Below, in pieces: positions 54,339 to 64,000 of a DNA stretch of 64,000 nt (position 1 is the stretch's first letter; the number at the start of each line of letters is the position of its first letter). Source of the DNA: an uncultured Thermomicrobia bacterium (GTDB taxonomy: Bacteria > Chloroflexota > Chloroflexia > Thermomicrobiales > JALYUS01); NCBI GenBank assembly GCA_937968015.1, contig CALBSO010000095.1:10302-74301 (forward strand). Direction: 5' to 3'. The notes under the pieces were generated by a model that ran no database searches, had not been told where the DNA came from, and was given only the letters and a program-made list of their open reading frames with translations. Position numbers and translations under genes: made by a program.

Positions 54339-54932
54339 TTACGCAACGTCTTGCGGTTTGCGCACAATGAATGGGGTGTCGCAATGCGGACAGTGTATTA
54401 CTGATGGGAGGCCGATGATTTTTCCAAGCATCTCATTCGGTTCCTCGCCCTTTTTCTGGAGATCCTCCGGTAGATTGCTGCGGCCTTTCGCCGGGTTGCC
54501 ATTATAGTGATGGCCTCTCACTTGCCGATAGTACCCTGTCGGGGTGACGGTGAATCCCTCGCCTGATAGTGCGATCCATAAGCTGTCTGGGATAGGTGGC
54601 ATTCGGGATATCGCCTCCTCGTATGAGGCCGTCGCGGTGGTACCGTCCTCCCCATACACGTTGCTGAGCCAGGACGTGTACTGCTCCTCGCGCTCGTGAA
54701 GCGTAGCGTATTCATCGGTGCGCGGGACTGGACTAACGCCGGAAAGCCAGAGACGCAAGACCTTAGCAATCATCGGAAAGGTGGGGTCGTCCGCGCGTCG
54801 GAACGCCTCGCGCCAAGCAATCGCGTAGCAGATCGGGCCGAGGCGTGCGTCGCATGTGGAGCACCAAACTTTACTTAGCGAGTCTCTGTTACCGAGACGT
54901 TTGATGATCGCCACTCTCATCGATTCCCCCAT
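54339..54932 (-). CDS. Hypothetical protein with C-terminal CPHC zinc-ribbon-like motif, translationally coupled to int
   Basis: TAATG overlap with the integrase stop. N-terminal CSTC and C-terminal CPHC motifs. Confidence 0.45.
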   Translation of the reverse strand: MGESMRVAIIKRLGNRDSLSKVWCSTCDARLGPICYAIAWREAFRRADDPTFPMIAKVLRLWLSGVSPVPRTDEYATLHEREEQYTSWLSNVYGEDGTTATASYEEAISRMPPIPDSLWIALSGEGFTVTPTGYYRQVRGHHYNGNPAKGRSNLPEDLQKKGEEPNEMLGKIIGLPSVIHCPHCDTPFIVRKPQDVA

Positions 54933-55855
54933 TACAGCCTGTCGCCTGGGCTGAAACGCTGGTGCGCTTCGCGGGCGCGTTCTCCGGCGGCACTCGCGCC
55001 ATACCGTCCGAGCATCGTGCGTGATCGCCAGCCCGCGAGTTGCATCAAATCGCCTTCACGGCCCCCTTGCACGAGCCACTGATGAGCGAAGGTGTGCCGG
55101 AAGAGGTGCGTGTACAGATGGCCGACCCCGGCCTGCTCCGCGCGCTTCTGCACCGTCTGGTAGATGCCGGATGAGGTCATCGGGCCATTGTGTCCGAGCC
55201 AGAGGTTTGGCGATGCGGCGGCGTGATGTTTGGCGCGCTCGCGTAGGTAGCGGTCGAGGTCACGGGTCGTCTTCGTCCCAAAGGCACAGGAACGTTGACG
55301 CTGCCCTTTCCCCATCACAACGGCAATCTTCCGGTCAAGGTCAATATCGGTGACAAGAAGCCCCGCACATTCCCCGCTGCGCATCCCGGTGTCTAGCAGG
55401 AGACGAATCATTGCCATGTCCCGGCGCTGGTCGAAGCCTTTCCCCTCGCACACGTTCAGCAGACGCCGCAACTGATCGTCGGTCAGTACTTCGGGCGGTG
55501 TTTCCGGAATCTGCGGCGGCTTCATGTGCTCCATCGGAGAGCGGGTAATCTCTCCTTCATTCACAAGCCACTTGAAGAACTGCTGCACGCCACGGTAGCG
55601 CGTGTTTGCCGTGCCGGGACTCTTGGTGTTTAGTAGGTCTGTGATGAACGTCTGGACATGCTCACGCGTAATATCCGCAACGTTCGTTGGCATCCCCCGC
55701 GTGCTGAGGAAGATACCAAGCAGTCGCACCGCCTCTATATAGGCGCTGACCGTGTTCGCACTCTTGTTTTCCGCGAGGAGGGAACGGCGGAAGGAGAGGG
55801 CAAGAATAGGATAGTCTCCGGTCTCGCATTGACGGGGAAGCGTGGCGGTCTGCAT
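54932..55855 (-). CDS. int: Tyrosine-type site-specific integrase (XerC/D-like)
   Basis: SAM-like N-domain. Catalytic-domain motifs are [13 protein letters not shown] and LGRY. The start at MQTATL (55855) avoids the tRNA genes covered by the longer ORF. Confidence 0.9.
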   Translation of the reverse strand: MQTATLPRQCETGDYPILALSFRRSLLAENKSANTVSAYIEAVRLLGIFLSTRGMPTNVADITREHVQTFITDLLNTKSPGTANTRYRGVQQFFKWLVNEGEITRSPMEHMKPPQIPETPPEVLTDDQLRRLLNVCEGKGFDQRRDMAMIRLLLDTGMRSGECAGLLVTDIDLDRKIAVVMGKGQRQRSCAFGTKTTRDLDRYLRERAKHHAAASPNLWLGHNGPMTSSGIYQTVQKRAEQAGVGHLYTHLFRHTFAHQWLVQGGREGDLMQLAGWRSRTMLGRYGASAAGERAREAHQRFSPGDRL

Positions 55856-55956
55856 CGGTGCGTCTCCTTGTGGTTTTGTCCAGTTATCATCTGAACAAGC
55901 GGTGTGCCACAAAGAGTATATCACAGAACGGATGGTTTTGCTTGCTATAGAAAGGG

Positions 55957-56032
<76 letters not shown>

Positions 56033-56041
56033 CGATGTGCG

Positions 56042-56125
56042 TGGTGGGCAGGGAGGGATTCGAACCCCCGTAGGTTTCCCAACTGGTTTACAGCCAGTCC
56101 CATTTGGCCGCTCTGGTACCTGCCC
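56042..56125 (-). tRNA. tRNA-Tyr (anticodon GUA), class II, CCA encoded
   Basis: GGGCAGG/CCTGCCC acceptor, anticodon loop CTGTAAA, long variable arm. Confidence 0.9.
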
Positions 56126-56141
56126 AGCGTCTCTCATGCAT

Positions 56142-56216
56142 TGGAGCCGACGGCCGGACTTGAACCGGCAACCGACGGTTTACAAAACCGTTGCTCTGCC
56201 ATTGAGCTACGTCGGC
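56142..56216 (-). tRNA. tRNA-Thr (anticodon UGU), CCA encoded
   Basis: GCCGACG/CGTCGGC acceptor, anticodon loop TTTGTAA. Confidence 0.9.
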
Positions 56217-56343
56217 GCGTCGTTCCCCTCGGCGTTTCTGCCGCGCTGATGAGTATAGGCGACCCGGCGTGGTCGGTCAAGCGCCGCGTGTCATAGGTTG
56301 ACATGCGCCGGACGCGATGCGATACTCACTCCGCACCCCTCGT

Positions 56344-56431
56344 GCGCGGGTGGCGGAATTGGCAGACGCGCCAGGTTGAGGGCCTGGTCCCGGTTTACGG
56401 GGTAAGGGTTCAAGTCCCTTCTCGCGCACCA
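56344..56431 (+). tRNA. tRNA-Leu (anticodon GAG), class II, CCA encoded
   Basis: GCGCGGG/CTCGCGC acceptor, anticodon loop TTGAGGG, long variable arm. Confidence 0.9.
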
Positions 56432-56455
56432 TCTCTTTTTTGCGGCCCCTCCTTT

Positions 56456-56532
56456 GGGCGATTAGCTCAGCTGGTCAGAGCGCCACGTTTACACCGTGGA
56501 TGTCGCAGGTTCGAACCCTGCATCGCCCACCA
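56456..56532 (+). tRNA. tRNA-Val (anticodon UAC), CCA encoded
   Basis: GGGCGAT/ATCGCCC acceptor, anticodon loop TTTACAC. Confidence 0.9.
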
Positions 56533-56644
56533 TGCGCGCGTTCGCCATTGACTGGCACCCCTTCCCATGCGATACTTGAACATCGTACGGACAGTGCGAT
56601 GCGTCACTGTCCGTTCTCCGTATCTACAAGGAGGCGCGCGGCAG

Positions 56645-58174
56645 ATGCAGACGGTCGAGAAGTACCTGGGCAGCACCGATCCGTCACCATCCGATGCGGC
56701 ATCCGCCGCCAAGTTCGGCCCCGAAGCGCTCACATTCGATGATGTGTTGATCGAGCCCGCCGCCTCGGAAGTTCTGCCGAAGGACGTCAGCACCACCACG
56801 CGACTGACACGCGATATTACTCTCTCCATCCCACTGATCTCCGCCGCAATGGATACCGTCACCGAGGCGCGCCTCGCCATTGCCCTCGCGCGGGAGGGTG
56901 GCATCGGCGTCGTCCACCGCAACTTGCCGATTGACGCGCAGGTGGATGAGGTGGACAAGGTGAAGCGCAGCGAGTCCGGGATGATCGTCGAACCCGTCAC
57001 GCTCGGCCCGGACGACCGCGTGCGGGACGCGCAGGCGATGATGGAGCGATACCATATCTCCGGTGTGCCGATCACGGACGAGCGGGGCACACTCGTCGGC
57101 ATCCTGACCAACCGCGATCTCCGGTTCGAGGAGAATGTGGACCAGCCAATCCGCGAGCGGATGACGAAGGAAAATCTCGTCACCGTCCCGGTCGGCACGA
57201 CGCTTGAAGAGGCGAAGGCGATCCTCTATCACAACAAAATCGAGAAATTGCCCGTCGTGGACGAGCACTACCGCCTCAAGGGCCTGATTACCGTCAAGGA
57301 CATCCAGAAGCGCATCCAATTTCCGAACGCCTCGAAGGATAGCAAGGGGCGTCTGCGCGTCGCGGCGGCGGTCGGGACGGGGGACAGCGCGATGGAACGC
57401 GCCGAGGCGCTCGTCGCGAAGGAGATTGACGCGCTCTTCGTGGACACGTCGCATGGGCATAACCGTGATGTCCTGCGGATCATCCAGCGCATTAAGCAGA
57501 CATGGGACGTGCCGGTGATTGCCGGGAACATCGCCACTGCGGGCGCGGCGGAGGCGCTGATCGAGGCAGGCGCGGACGGCATCAAGGTGGGCATTGGGCC
57601 GGGAAGCATCTGCACAACCCGCATCGTCGCCGGTATCGGTGTGCCGCAGATTACCGCGATCTGGAATTGCATGCGCGCGGCGGCGGCCTACGATATTCCG
57701 GTGGTCGCCGATGGTGGTGTCCAGTTCAGCGGCGATATCGCCAAGGCAATTGCCGCTGGAGCGGATACCGTCATGCTCGGCTCGCTCTTCGCGGGGCTGG
57801 ATGAATCGCCCGGCGAGGTCGTGCTGTATCAGGGCGAGCGATTCAAGGAATACCGGGGCATGGGATCGTTGGGCGCGATGAAAGCCCGCTTCTCGTCGGA
57901 TCGCTACTTCCAGGAGGGCGTTTCCGGCAATGTCAATAAGTACGTGCCGGAGGGCATTGAGGGACGCGTCGCGTACAAGGGAGCGCTCGGCCCGCTCGTC
58001 TATCAATTGATCGGCGGGCTTCGCTCCGCGATGGGCTATGCCGGTGCAGCGGACATCCGCGCGATGCAGCGTGACACCCATTTCAACCGCATTACGAGCG
58101 CCGGGCTGCGCGAGAGCCATCCGCACAGCATCGCCATCACCAAGGAAGCGCCGAACTACCGCGCTTCGAACTGA
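56645..58174 (+). CDS. guaB: Inosine-5'-monophosphate dehydrogenase
   Basis: [11 protein letters not shown]-terminus, CBS pair, catalytic loop [21 protein letters not shown] before ATG 56645. Confidence 0.95.
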   Translation: MQTVEKYLGSTDPSPSDAASAAKFGPEALTFDDVLIEPAASEVLPKDVSTTTRLTRDITLSIPLISAAMDTVTEARLAIALAREGGIGVVHRNLPIDAQVDEVDKVKRSESGMIVEPVTLGPDDRVRDAQAMMERYHISGVPITDERGTLVGILTNRDLRFEENVDQPIRERMTKENLVTVPVGTTLEEAKAILYHNKIEKLPVVDEHYRLKGLITVKDIQKRIQFPNASKDSKGRLRVAAAVGTGDSAMERAEALVAKEIDALFVDTSHGHNRDVLRIIQRIKQTWDVPVIAGNIATAGAAEALIEAGADGIKVGIGPGSICTTRIVAGIGVPQITAIWNCMRAAAAYDIPVVADGGVQFSGDIAKAIAAGADTVMLGSLFAGLDESPGEVVLYQGERFKEYRGMGSLGAMKARFSSDRYFQEGVSGNVNKYVPEGIEGRVAYKGALGPLVYQLIGGLRSAMGYAGAADIRAMQRDTHFNRITSAGLRESHPHSIAITKEAPNYRASN

Positions 58175-58183
58175 CGGGAACAT

Positions 58184-58213
58184 GGTAGCGCAGGCTTTCC
58201 CGCCTGCGCTACC
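58184..58213 (+). terminator. Perfect 12-bp stem-loop GGTAGCGCAGGC-TTTCCC-GCCTGCGCTACC after guaB
   Basis: Read directly. It shares its 5' arm with the hairpin at 3516. Confidence 0.55.
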
Positions 58214-58313
58214 GAGACGAACGCAGCGTGCTTGACGAGGATGAACGCGCGGACTACTGTGCGACTGACACGGGTAAATCCGCGCGTCATTGTGCGCGAC
58301 GGTTCGATAGCCG

Positions 58314-58976
58314 ATGAGGCTCTTAGGGAGGGCGCCATGTCCACCGAAGGGGAAGTCCAAGCTCGGCACCGACGAACTGGGGCGCGATATCCTCATCCGT
58401 CTTCTCTACGCGGGGAGGATTTCGTTGCTGATCGGCGTCCTCGGTGGCTTTTTCCGTCGCTGGGTGGACGACGCGATCAACGGCCTGATCCAGACGACGG
58501 TCAATATCCCGCTCCTTTTCCTGCTCATTCTGCTCTCGGTGGTCTTCTCGCCAGGCGTCGTTGGCCTCGCGCTGATTCTCGGCCTCTTTAGTTGGCAGGG
58601 GACGGCGCGGCAGGTGCGTGCGGTCGTCCTCTCCGTCAGTCAGCGGGACTACATTGATGCCGCGCGCGTCCTCGGTTCCTCGAATGGGCGCCTGATGTTC
58701 CGCCATATCTTCCCGAATGTCATCTCGACCGTGCTCGTCGTCGCCGGGTTCGACATCGCGGGGGCGATCCTCGCCGAATCGGGCCTGAGCGCGCTCGGCT
58801 TCGGCGTGCAGCCGCCGACCGCCAGTTGGGGCAACATGCTCTCCAAGTCCTTCCAGTACGCGCTCAAAGCGCCCTGGCTCGTCGTCAGCCCCGGCGTGAT
58901 GATCTTCCTGACCGTCCTCAGCGTCTTTCTGATCGCCGATGGCCTGCGCGATGCCCTCGATCCGCGCATCAGTTGA
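58314..58976 (+). pseudogene. Remnant of a DppC/OppC-type ABC permease (N-terminus missing, internal deletion)
   Basis: It aligns by eye to residues ~88-310 of the permease at 6595-7527 (GTDELGRD..., GVQPPTASWGNM, DGLRDALDPR). It lacks the first TM region and ~15 aa of the next helix. No partner ABC genes are nearby. Confidence 0.65.
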
Positions 58977-59448
58977 GCGCGGAAGCGAAACCGGGGAGAT
59001 CGGTTTCAACCCCCGCGCCGATGCCGAGTGCGCGCATATTCGCCGCGGCAATGGCGGCGGTGAGGGGATCGCGGTCCACGGCGAGCGCGTCGTGGCCGCT
59101 GGCGAGCGCGCGAAGATCGCCGCCGATGCCGCAGCAGAGATCCGCGATACGCCATGCGGCGTGATACCGGGCGGCGTGGTGGGCGGCGACGAGGCCGCTC
59201 GTCGCTTGTTCCAGCCCGGCTTGTGTGAAGTACATCCGAGCAGCGTCGTTACCGAACTTCGTGCGTGCCCGCTCGCGGAGGCGTATCTGCGTCATCGCAG
59301 CGGCGACGAGAGAGGCGGGAAAGCGATGGCGCAACTCCGTGGCGAGCGCAAGTGTGTTCGCCTCGCTCAATTTGCGCATCGCGATTTCCGCGAGCAATCG
59401 CTGACCGGCCTCACTGAGGAGCGTGTTGAACGTTTCGAGATCGGTCAT
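58969..59448 (-). CDS. Class I SAM-dependent methyltransferase, apparently C-terminally truncated
   Basis: Motif I (DLCCGIGGD) is present. The ORF ends after ~159 aa and overlaps the permease remnant by 8 nt. Confidence 0.55.
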   Translation of the reverse strand: MTDLETFNTLLSEAGQRLLAEIAMRKLSEANTLALATELRHRFPASLVAAAMTQIRLRERARTKFGNDAARMYFTQAGLEQATSGLVAAHHAARYHAAWRIADLCCGIGGDLRALASGHDALAVDRDPLTAAIAAANMRALGIGAGVETDLPGFASALN

Positions 59449-59628
59449 TGCGCGGTGCCGCCGTCATCGCGTAAAGTAGGTTGCGCGGTCGCCGCCGACC
59501 GTGCCGCGAGTGTAGTCGAGACGACGGGCTATTGAAAGGACGCGTCACTGTGCAGACCTTCCGACCATAGCGAGCGGGTGCGAAGGATACGCCGCCTCCG
59601 TTTCTATGCGTTTCAGGAAGTGAGCACA

Positions 59629-60960
59629 ATGGACGATCAGACTCCCGTGACGGGCCGCGCGCCCGCCGCGATTCACGAACCGGGGGCCGTCGCGGCGCAG
59701 TTTGCCCGCTCTCCCGCTGCACGTCTCCGTACGAACCGGAATTTCAACATCTTCTGGCTTGGCCAGAGCCTTTCCAATGCCGGAGACGCGGTCGCGCTGA
59801 TCGCGATGCCGCTCCTTGTGCTGCATGTGACCGGCTCTGTCGCGCAGATGGGATTCGTGACGGCGACGGTCGGTGTCGCAATGCTCATTGCGGGTATTGT
59901 CGCCGGGCCGATTGCCGATCGCGTGGACCGACGCCGGTTTATGATCCTCTGCGATCTGGCACGGATGGTCGTGTACGCGGCGATCCCCCTCGGCTGGTGG
60001 ATCGCGGGGCCGCAGCGGTGGCTGATCGTTTTCACGGCCGGTTTCGGCGCCTTCTTCGGCATGTGCTTCTCCGTGACCTACATCACGGCGATCGCCAACC
60101 TCGTGGACCGCGATCAAGTGACGGACGCGAATGGGCGGCTTCAGGCGAGCGCTGCCGTTGCCAGCGTCATCGGCCCCGCGCTCGCCGGGTTGATCGCGGC
60201 GCGGTTTGATCCCGCCGCCGCTCTCGGCATTGATTCGTTCTCGTTCGCCCTCTCCGCCGCCTCGCTCGCATGCATCCGCCTGCGGAAGGCGGACACGCCG
60301 CGATCCGATACATTGTCCATGGGGGGTGTCGCGGAACTCCTTGCCGGAGTGCGCTTTCTCTGGCAGCAGCCCGTCCTCCGCACGCTGACGTGGATGATCG
60401 CCGGGTTCTCGTTCCTGACGATGGGCGGGCTGGATCTCTTCATCTTCCACCTCACGCATGATCTCGGGCAAGGCGATCGGGCGGTCGGCCTCGTCTTCGG
60501 CGTGGCATCGAGCGGCGCGATTGCTGGCGGCCTGCTTGCCGCGCCCGCCCGCCGCCGCTGGGGTTTCGCGGTTTGCTACCTCGGTTCGGTCATCGTCGAG
60601 GGAGTACTCCTTGCAGGAATCGGGCTTGCGCCGACCGTCGCATTCATGCTGCCACTGACGGTTGGCTTCATGTTGCTGGAAATCCTCAAGGGCGTGAACT
60701 CGATTGCCGTCCGGCAGCAGGTGACGCCGGACCACCTCCTCGGGCGGGTTACCGCCGCCTTCTGGACGATCAACAGCGCGCCCGGCCCGCTTGGCGCCGC
60801 GCTCTTCACCGCGCTCGCCGCACAGCGTGGCGCGCCCGCCGTCCTGATATTGATGGGGGCGGGCTTTAGCGCCATCGCCCTCCTCGGTCTGCGCACGCCC
60901 GCGCGCTCGCGGCGCCCGGAGGAGTGGAGTACGCCAGGATCACCGATCCAGACGCGATAA
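59629..60960 (+). CDS. MFS transporter
   Basis: 12 predicted TM helices. MFS loop motif (GPIADRVDRRR). Confidence 0.85.
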   Translation: MDDQTPVTGRAPAAIHEPGAVAAQFARSPAARLRTNRNFNIFWLGQSLSNAGDAVALIAMPLLVLHVTGSVAQMGFVTATVGVAMLIAGIVAGPIADRVDRRRFMILCDLARMVVYAAIPLGWWIAGPQRWLIVFTAGFGAFFGMCFSVTYITAIANLVDRDQVTDANGRLQASAAVASVIGPALAGLIAARFDPAAALGIDSFSFALSAASLACIRLRKADTPRSDTLSMGGVAELLAGVRFLWQQPVLRTLTWMIAGFSFLTMGGLDLFIFHLTHDLGQGDRAVGLVFGVASSGAIAGGLLAAPARRRWGFAVCYLGSVIVEGVLLAGIGLAPTVAFMLPLTVGFMLLEILKGVNSIAVRQQVTPDHLLGRVTAAFWTINSAPGPLGAALFTALAAQRGAPAVLILMGAGFSAIALLGLRTPARSRRPEEWSTPGSPIQTR

Positions 60961-61042
60961 GCGCGTCGTAGCGATGCGCCAGGTACATCCGGCAGGCGGA
61001 GTTCGGACGTACGGAGAAGTGAGGGGACGGCTTATCAGGAGG

Positions 61043-62293
61043 ATGACAATGATGCGTGTCAGGCTCACGGGTGTCGGACGGAATCGTGCCGCGGTGGCCG
61101 CTGTTTTCGCGTTGCTGCTCACCGCGCTTGTGACGGTCGGAAACGCGACGAGCGTGTCGGCCGATGTCTCGGTCAATATCGTCAATTTCGCCTTCATGCC
61201 CACGCCGCTCACCATCCCGGTGGGGACAACGGTCGTCTGGACGAACCAGGACAGTGCGGGACACACGACGACAAGCGACACGGGCGTGTGGGACTCCGGG
61301 ACGGCAGCGCCGCTGAAGAAGGGAGACTCATTCAAGTTCACCTTCAATCAGGTAGGGACGTTTGCCTATCACTGCATGATTCATCCGAATATGCACGGCA
61401 TGATCGTGGTCACGGGCGCCACCCCACCGCCGAGCGGAAGCCCGCCACCGGGTGGGACGCAGGCGTTCGCCGACCCCGCGTTCCAGGCGCTCTGGGCGCA
61501 GACCGACGCGAATCCGTCGGGCCACTCGTACGTCTGGGGGCCGGCCCCGTTCACCGGCGGGCTGATGGAAGATTACAAAGAAGCGCCGGGCGGCAAGCGG
61601 CTCGTGCAATACTTCGACAAGGCGCGAATGGAACTGAACACGCCGGGCGGGCCGGTGACGGCGGGGCTGCTCTCGGTGGAGTTGATTTCTGGGCGTCAGC
61701 AGAACGGCGATGGGACGTTTGTGCAGCGGGACCCGGCGAGAGTGACCGTCGCGGGCGATCCGGACAACCCATTCCCGACCTATGCCGATCTCGCCAAACT
61801 CCAGGGCGCGGAGCAGGATAACAGCAGCAGTGGCGTGCCGATCACCAAAATGGTGAACGCGAATGGCGTGGCCGGAACCTATGCGCCCGCGACCGACGAT
61901 GCGCTCGCGAAGACGACCGGCTACGACGCGACGACGAAGCACAATATCCCGAAAGCCTTCCTCGACTTCCGGAATTCACCGGACCTCGGCGGCATTCAGG
62001 CGATCGGCCTCGCGATCACCGAGCCTGTGTGGGCGAACGTGAAGGTGAATAACACCGTCGTCCCGGTACTCGTGCAGGCATTCGAGCGGCGCGTGCTGAC
62101 CTACACGCCCAGTAATCCCATCCTCTTCCGCGTCGAATACGGCAATATCGGCCGCGCCTACAACACCTGGCGATACAGTACACCGGCTGGCGGGGCAAAT
62201 GGTGTACCGCCGACGGCGATGATGCCGCCTGTGGGGAACACCCCAGCCTACGGGCGACAACCGGGCCAGCCCACGGTCAAGCCGGGGTACTAA
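61043..62293 (+). CDS. Exported cupredoxin (plastocyanin/azurin-like) domain protein with large C-terminal extension
   Basis: Signal peptide, then type-1 copper ligand pattern (H...C-x2-H-x4-M in YHCMIHPNMHGM), a Pro-rich linker, and a ~260-aa unknown domain. CAGGAGG RBS. Confidence 0.75.
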   Translation: MTMMRVRLTGVGRNRAAVAAVFALLLTALVTVGNATSVSADVSVNIVNFAFMPTPLTIPVGTTVVWTNQDSAGHTTTSDTGVWDSGTAAPLKKGDSFKFTFNQVGTFAYHCMIHPNMHGMIVVTGATPPPSGSPPPGGTQAFADPAFQALWAQTDANPSGHSYVWGPAPFTGGLMEDYKEAPGGKRLVQYFDKARMELNTPGGPVTAGLLSVELISGRQQNGDGTFVQRDPARVTVAGDPDNPFPTYADLAKLQGAEQDNSSSGVPITKMVNANGVAGTYAPATDDALAKTTGYDATTKHNIPKAFLDFRNSPDLGGIQAIGLAITEPVWANVKVNNTVVPVLVQAFERRVLTYTPSNPILFRVEYGNIGRAYNTWRYSTPAGGANGVPPTAMMPPVGNTPAYGRQPGQPTVKPGY

Positions 62294-62438
62294 CCGCTTG
62301 TAAAAGTAGTAACACGTTACCAAAACATCCCGGTACGAACAGTGCCAGGAGCGACACCCACCATCGGGGCGTCGCCTCTGGCATTTCCGCTGTCCGAGAG
62401 GACGCTTGGTGATTTGAAACGGGAGCATTGTTCGAAAC

Positions 62439-63644
62439 GTGTTTCTATCGCGGGTAGCGCCACCGTGTACTATGTGCATCGTTGGGAGTCCGAATGTTTT
62501 TGTGAAGCGTAGTGTAGGGAGTCTCGTGGCAGCGAAACGATCGGTACATAGTCGGCGACGTTTTCTTTGCGCCCTCGCCGTTGTCAGTCTCGGAAGCATC
62601 ACGGCAGCAATCGGCTCTGCCCCCACCAACGCCCATCGCCTATTTAGCGACGACGGCAGGGATGATTCGTTCTCCTTGCAACCCTCACCCACGATAGGCA
62701 CAACTGGCGGAACAGCCCCGTTGCCTTCCGTTGTTGCTCCATCCGCCATTGTTGCTCCGCCCGCAGCGGTGAACCGGACACTGACCGGGCACACGGGTCG
62801 GGTGCTCGGTGTTGCCTTCTCGCCGGACGGAACAATGCTCGCTTCCGTCTCGTTCGATCACACGGTGCGCCTCTGGAAGGTGGCCGACGGTTCGCCCATC
62901 ATGGTCTTGAAGGGGCATACCGACCGCGTGGACGGCGTCGCTTTTTCGCCGGACGGCACGATACTCGCGACCGCCTCGACGGACAAGACCGTCCGGCTCT
63001 GGAATGTGAGCGACAGCGCCCCCCTCCGCACCGTCACCGGACACACCGACGCCGTGATGACCGTCGCCTTCTCGCCCGATGGCCAGACGCTGGCGAGTGG
63101 CGGCTATGACCAGACCGTCCGGCTCTGGCAGGTCGTGGACGGCTCGGCGATACGGACGATGCAGGGGCACTCCGCCCGCGTCTCCGGCGTCGCTTTTGCG
63201 CCGGATGGTCAATCGCTCTGCTCAGGCGCGTTCGACACCACCGTGCGGATCTGGCAGCCAGCGGATGGCACGACACTGCGAACGTTATCGGGCCACACAG
63301 ACAAAGTATCGAGCGTCGCGGTCAGCATGGATAGCCAGACGGTGGTATCGGGGTCATTCGACAAGACCGCTCGCGTCTGGAAGGCTTCGGACGGATCGCC
63401 GGTCAAGACCCTGAGTGGGCACACTGACTGGCTGATGAGCGTCGCGATCACGCCGGACGGGAAAACGGTCATCTCGGGGTCGAAGGATCGTACGGTGCGC
63501 CTCTGGCCGTTGAATGATGGAGGTACGCAGCGCACGCTCACTGGCCACACCGATTATGTACACGGCGTCGCTGTCTCGCCGGATGGATCGCTCGTCGCCT
63601 CGGCATCGGCAGATAAAACCGTTCGACTCTGGCCAATCGCCTGA
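62439..63644 (+). CDS. WD40-repeat beta-propeller protein with Tat-like signal (start uncertain)
   Basis: SRRRFLCALAV twin-arginine motif followed by seven GHTD..V..VAFSPDG..D.TVRLW repeats. Confidence 0.8.
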   Translation: MFLSRVAPPCTMCIVGSPNVFVKRSVGSLVAAKRSVHSRRRFLCALAVVSLGSITAAIGSAPTNAHRLFSDDGRDDSFSLQPSPTIGTTGGTAPLPSVVAPSAIVAPPAAVNRTLTGHTGRVLGVAFSPDGTMLASVSFDHTVRLWKVADGSPIMVLKGHTDRVDGVAFSPDGTILATASTDKTVRLWNVSDSAPLRTVTGHTDAVMTVAFSPDGQTLASGGYDQTVRLWQVVDGSAIRTMQGHSARVSGVAFAPDGQSLCSGAFDTTVRIWQPADGTTLRTLSGHTDKVSSVAVSMDSQTVVSGSFDKTARVWKASDGSPVKTLSGHTDWLMSVAITPDGKTVISGSKDRTVRLWPLNDGGTQRTLTGHTDYVHGVAVSPDGSLVASASADKTVRLWPIA

Positions 63645-63650
63645 ATATCG

Positions 63651-63911
63651 TCAGGCGGGCATGCCGTCGTCATCGGCGCGATGTGATTGCTCCTCGACGG
63701 CATAGGCGACGTGCGCGGCGTTCAAGCGGTCAATCAACCGCGCGAGCATCTCTCCCTCCGCATATGCGCTGACCGGCGAATGACGGTCTACGGTCGTCAC
63801 ACCGGATTCCTTACAGACTTCCAGGAATCGCTTCTGTTGCTCCTCGATGTTCCCCGTCTTATCATCCGTCGTTTCGCCCTTGTAGAGCATATCGAATACA
63901 ATGCGTGCCAC
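63651..63911 (-). CDS. Hypothetical small acidic protein
   Basis: 86-aa ORF convergent with the WD40 gene. No family recognised. Confidence 0.35.
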   Translation of the reverse strand: MARIVFDMLYKGETTDDKTGNIEEQQKRFLEVCKESGVTTVDRHSPVSAYAEGEMLARLIDRLNAAHVAYAVEEQSHRADDDGMPA

Positions 63912-64000
63912 TTCGTGCCCCCCTTTTTCATTTCACCGGCGGTGCCGTTACGTCGTACGCGTGATCGGTATCGCTGGCATAGGCAGCCTCTCTACGTTGT

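Noticed and set aside
56684-58396. 570-aa minus-strand ORF
   Set aside because: It is antisense to guaB, whose identity is unambiguous.
59545-60735. 396-aa minus-strand ORF
   Set aside because: It is antisense to the MFS transporter. It has an Arg-rich shadow composition.

Overview
This is a high-GC (roughly 65%) bacterial chromosome segment. The lineage is unknown; Chloroflexota-like is only a guess, based on gene content and intergenic repeat style.

Layout:
- 1-35.3 kb, ordinary metabolic genes. These include an epimerase/dehydratase (5' partial), an S9 peptidase, TrmH, and an AMP-forming acyl-CoA synthetase. There is a peptide-type ABC importer operon fused to two Gfo/Idh/MocA oxidoreductases and a fumarylacetoacetate hydrolase (FAH)-family gene, under a divergent GntR regulator. 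PLD-like, LOG, M20, RidA and MBL genes follow. An etfB-etfA-membrane-EtfD-like operon is divergent from an R-specific beta-oxidation cluster: two acyl-CoA dehydrogenases (ACADs), MaoC, an ADP-forming CoA ligase, two SDRs, an SCPx-type thiolase plus DUF35, and an LLM oxidoreductase.
- 35,295-56,001, a ~20.7 kb integrative island. It sits in tRNA-Thr(GGU) and is bounded by a perfect 45-bp direct repeat. It carries a WYL regulator and a complete type I-E CRISPR-Cas system (cas3, cse1, cse2, cas7, cas5, cas6e, cas1, cas2, then a 43-repeat array). Its phage/satellite-like module has an integrase, a primase-helicase, and terS-like and terL genes, but no virion structural genes.
- 56.0-64 kb. A tRNA cluster (Thr, Tyr, Thr, Leu, Val) is followed by guaB, a scar of two truncated genes, an MFS transporter, an exported cupredoxin protein and a Tat-signal WD40 protein.

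Most interesting: the 600-bp gap between the WYL gene and cas3 contains a degenerate mini-CRISPR. Two repeat-like hairpins, with compensatory stem changes, flank a 20-nt spacer-like segment. That segment matches a site with a canonical AAG PAM 10 bp upstream of a strong promoter. The promoter drives a structured RNA ending in a class-II-shaped tRNA-Gly(GCC)-like cloverleaf, just ahead of cas3. This looks like a CreA/CreR-type Cascade-guided regulatory or addiction module, possibly with a new kind of cargo RNA.

A family of intergenic hairpins, several with arms built from tandem heptamers, recurs across the metabolic region.
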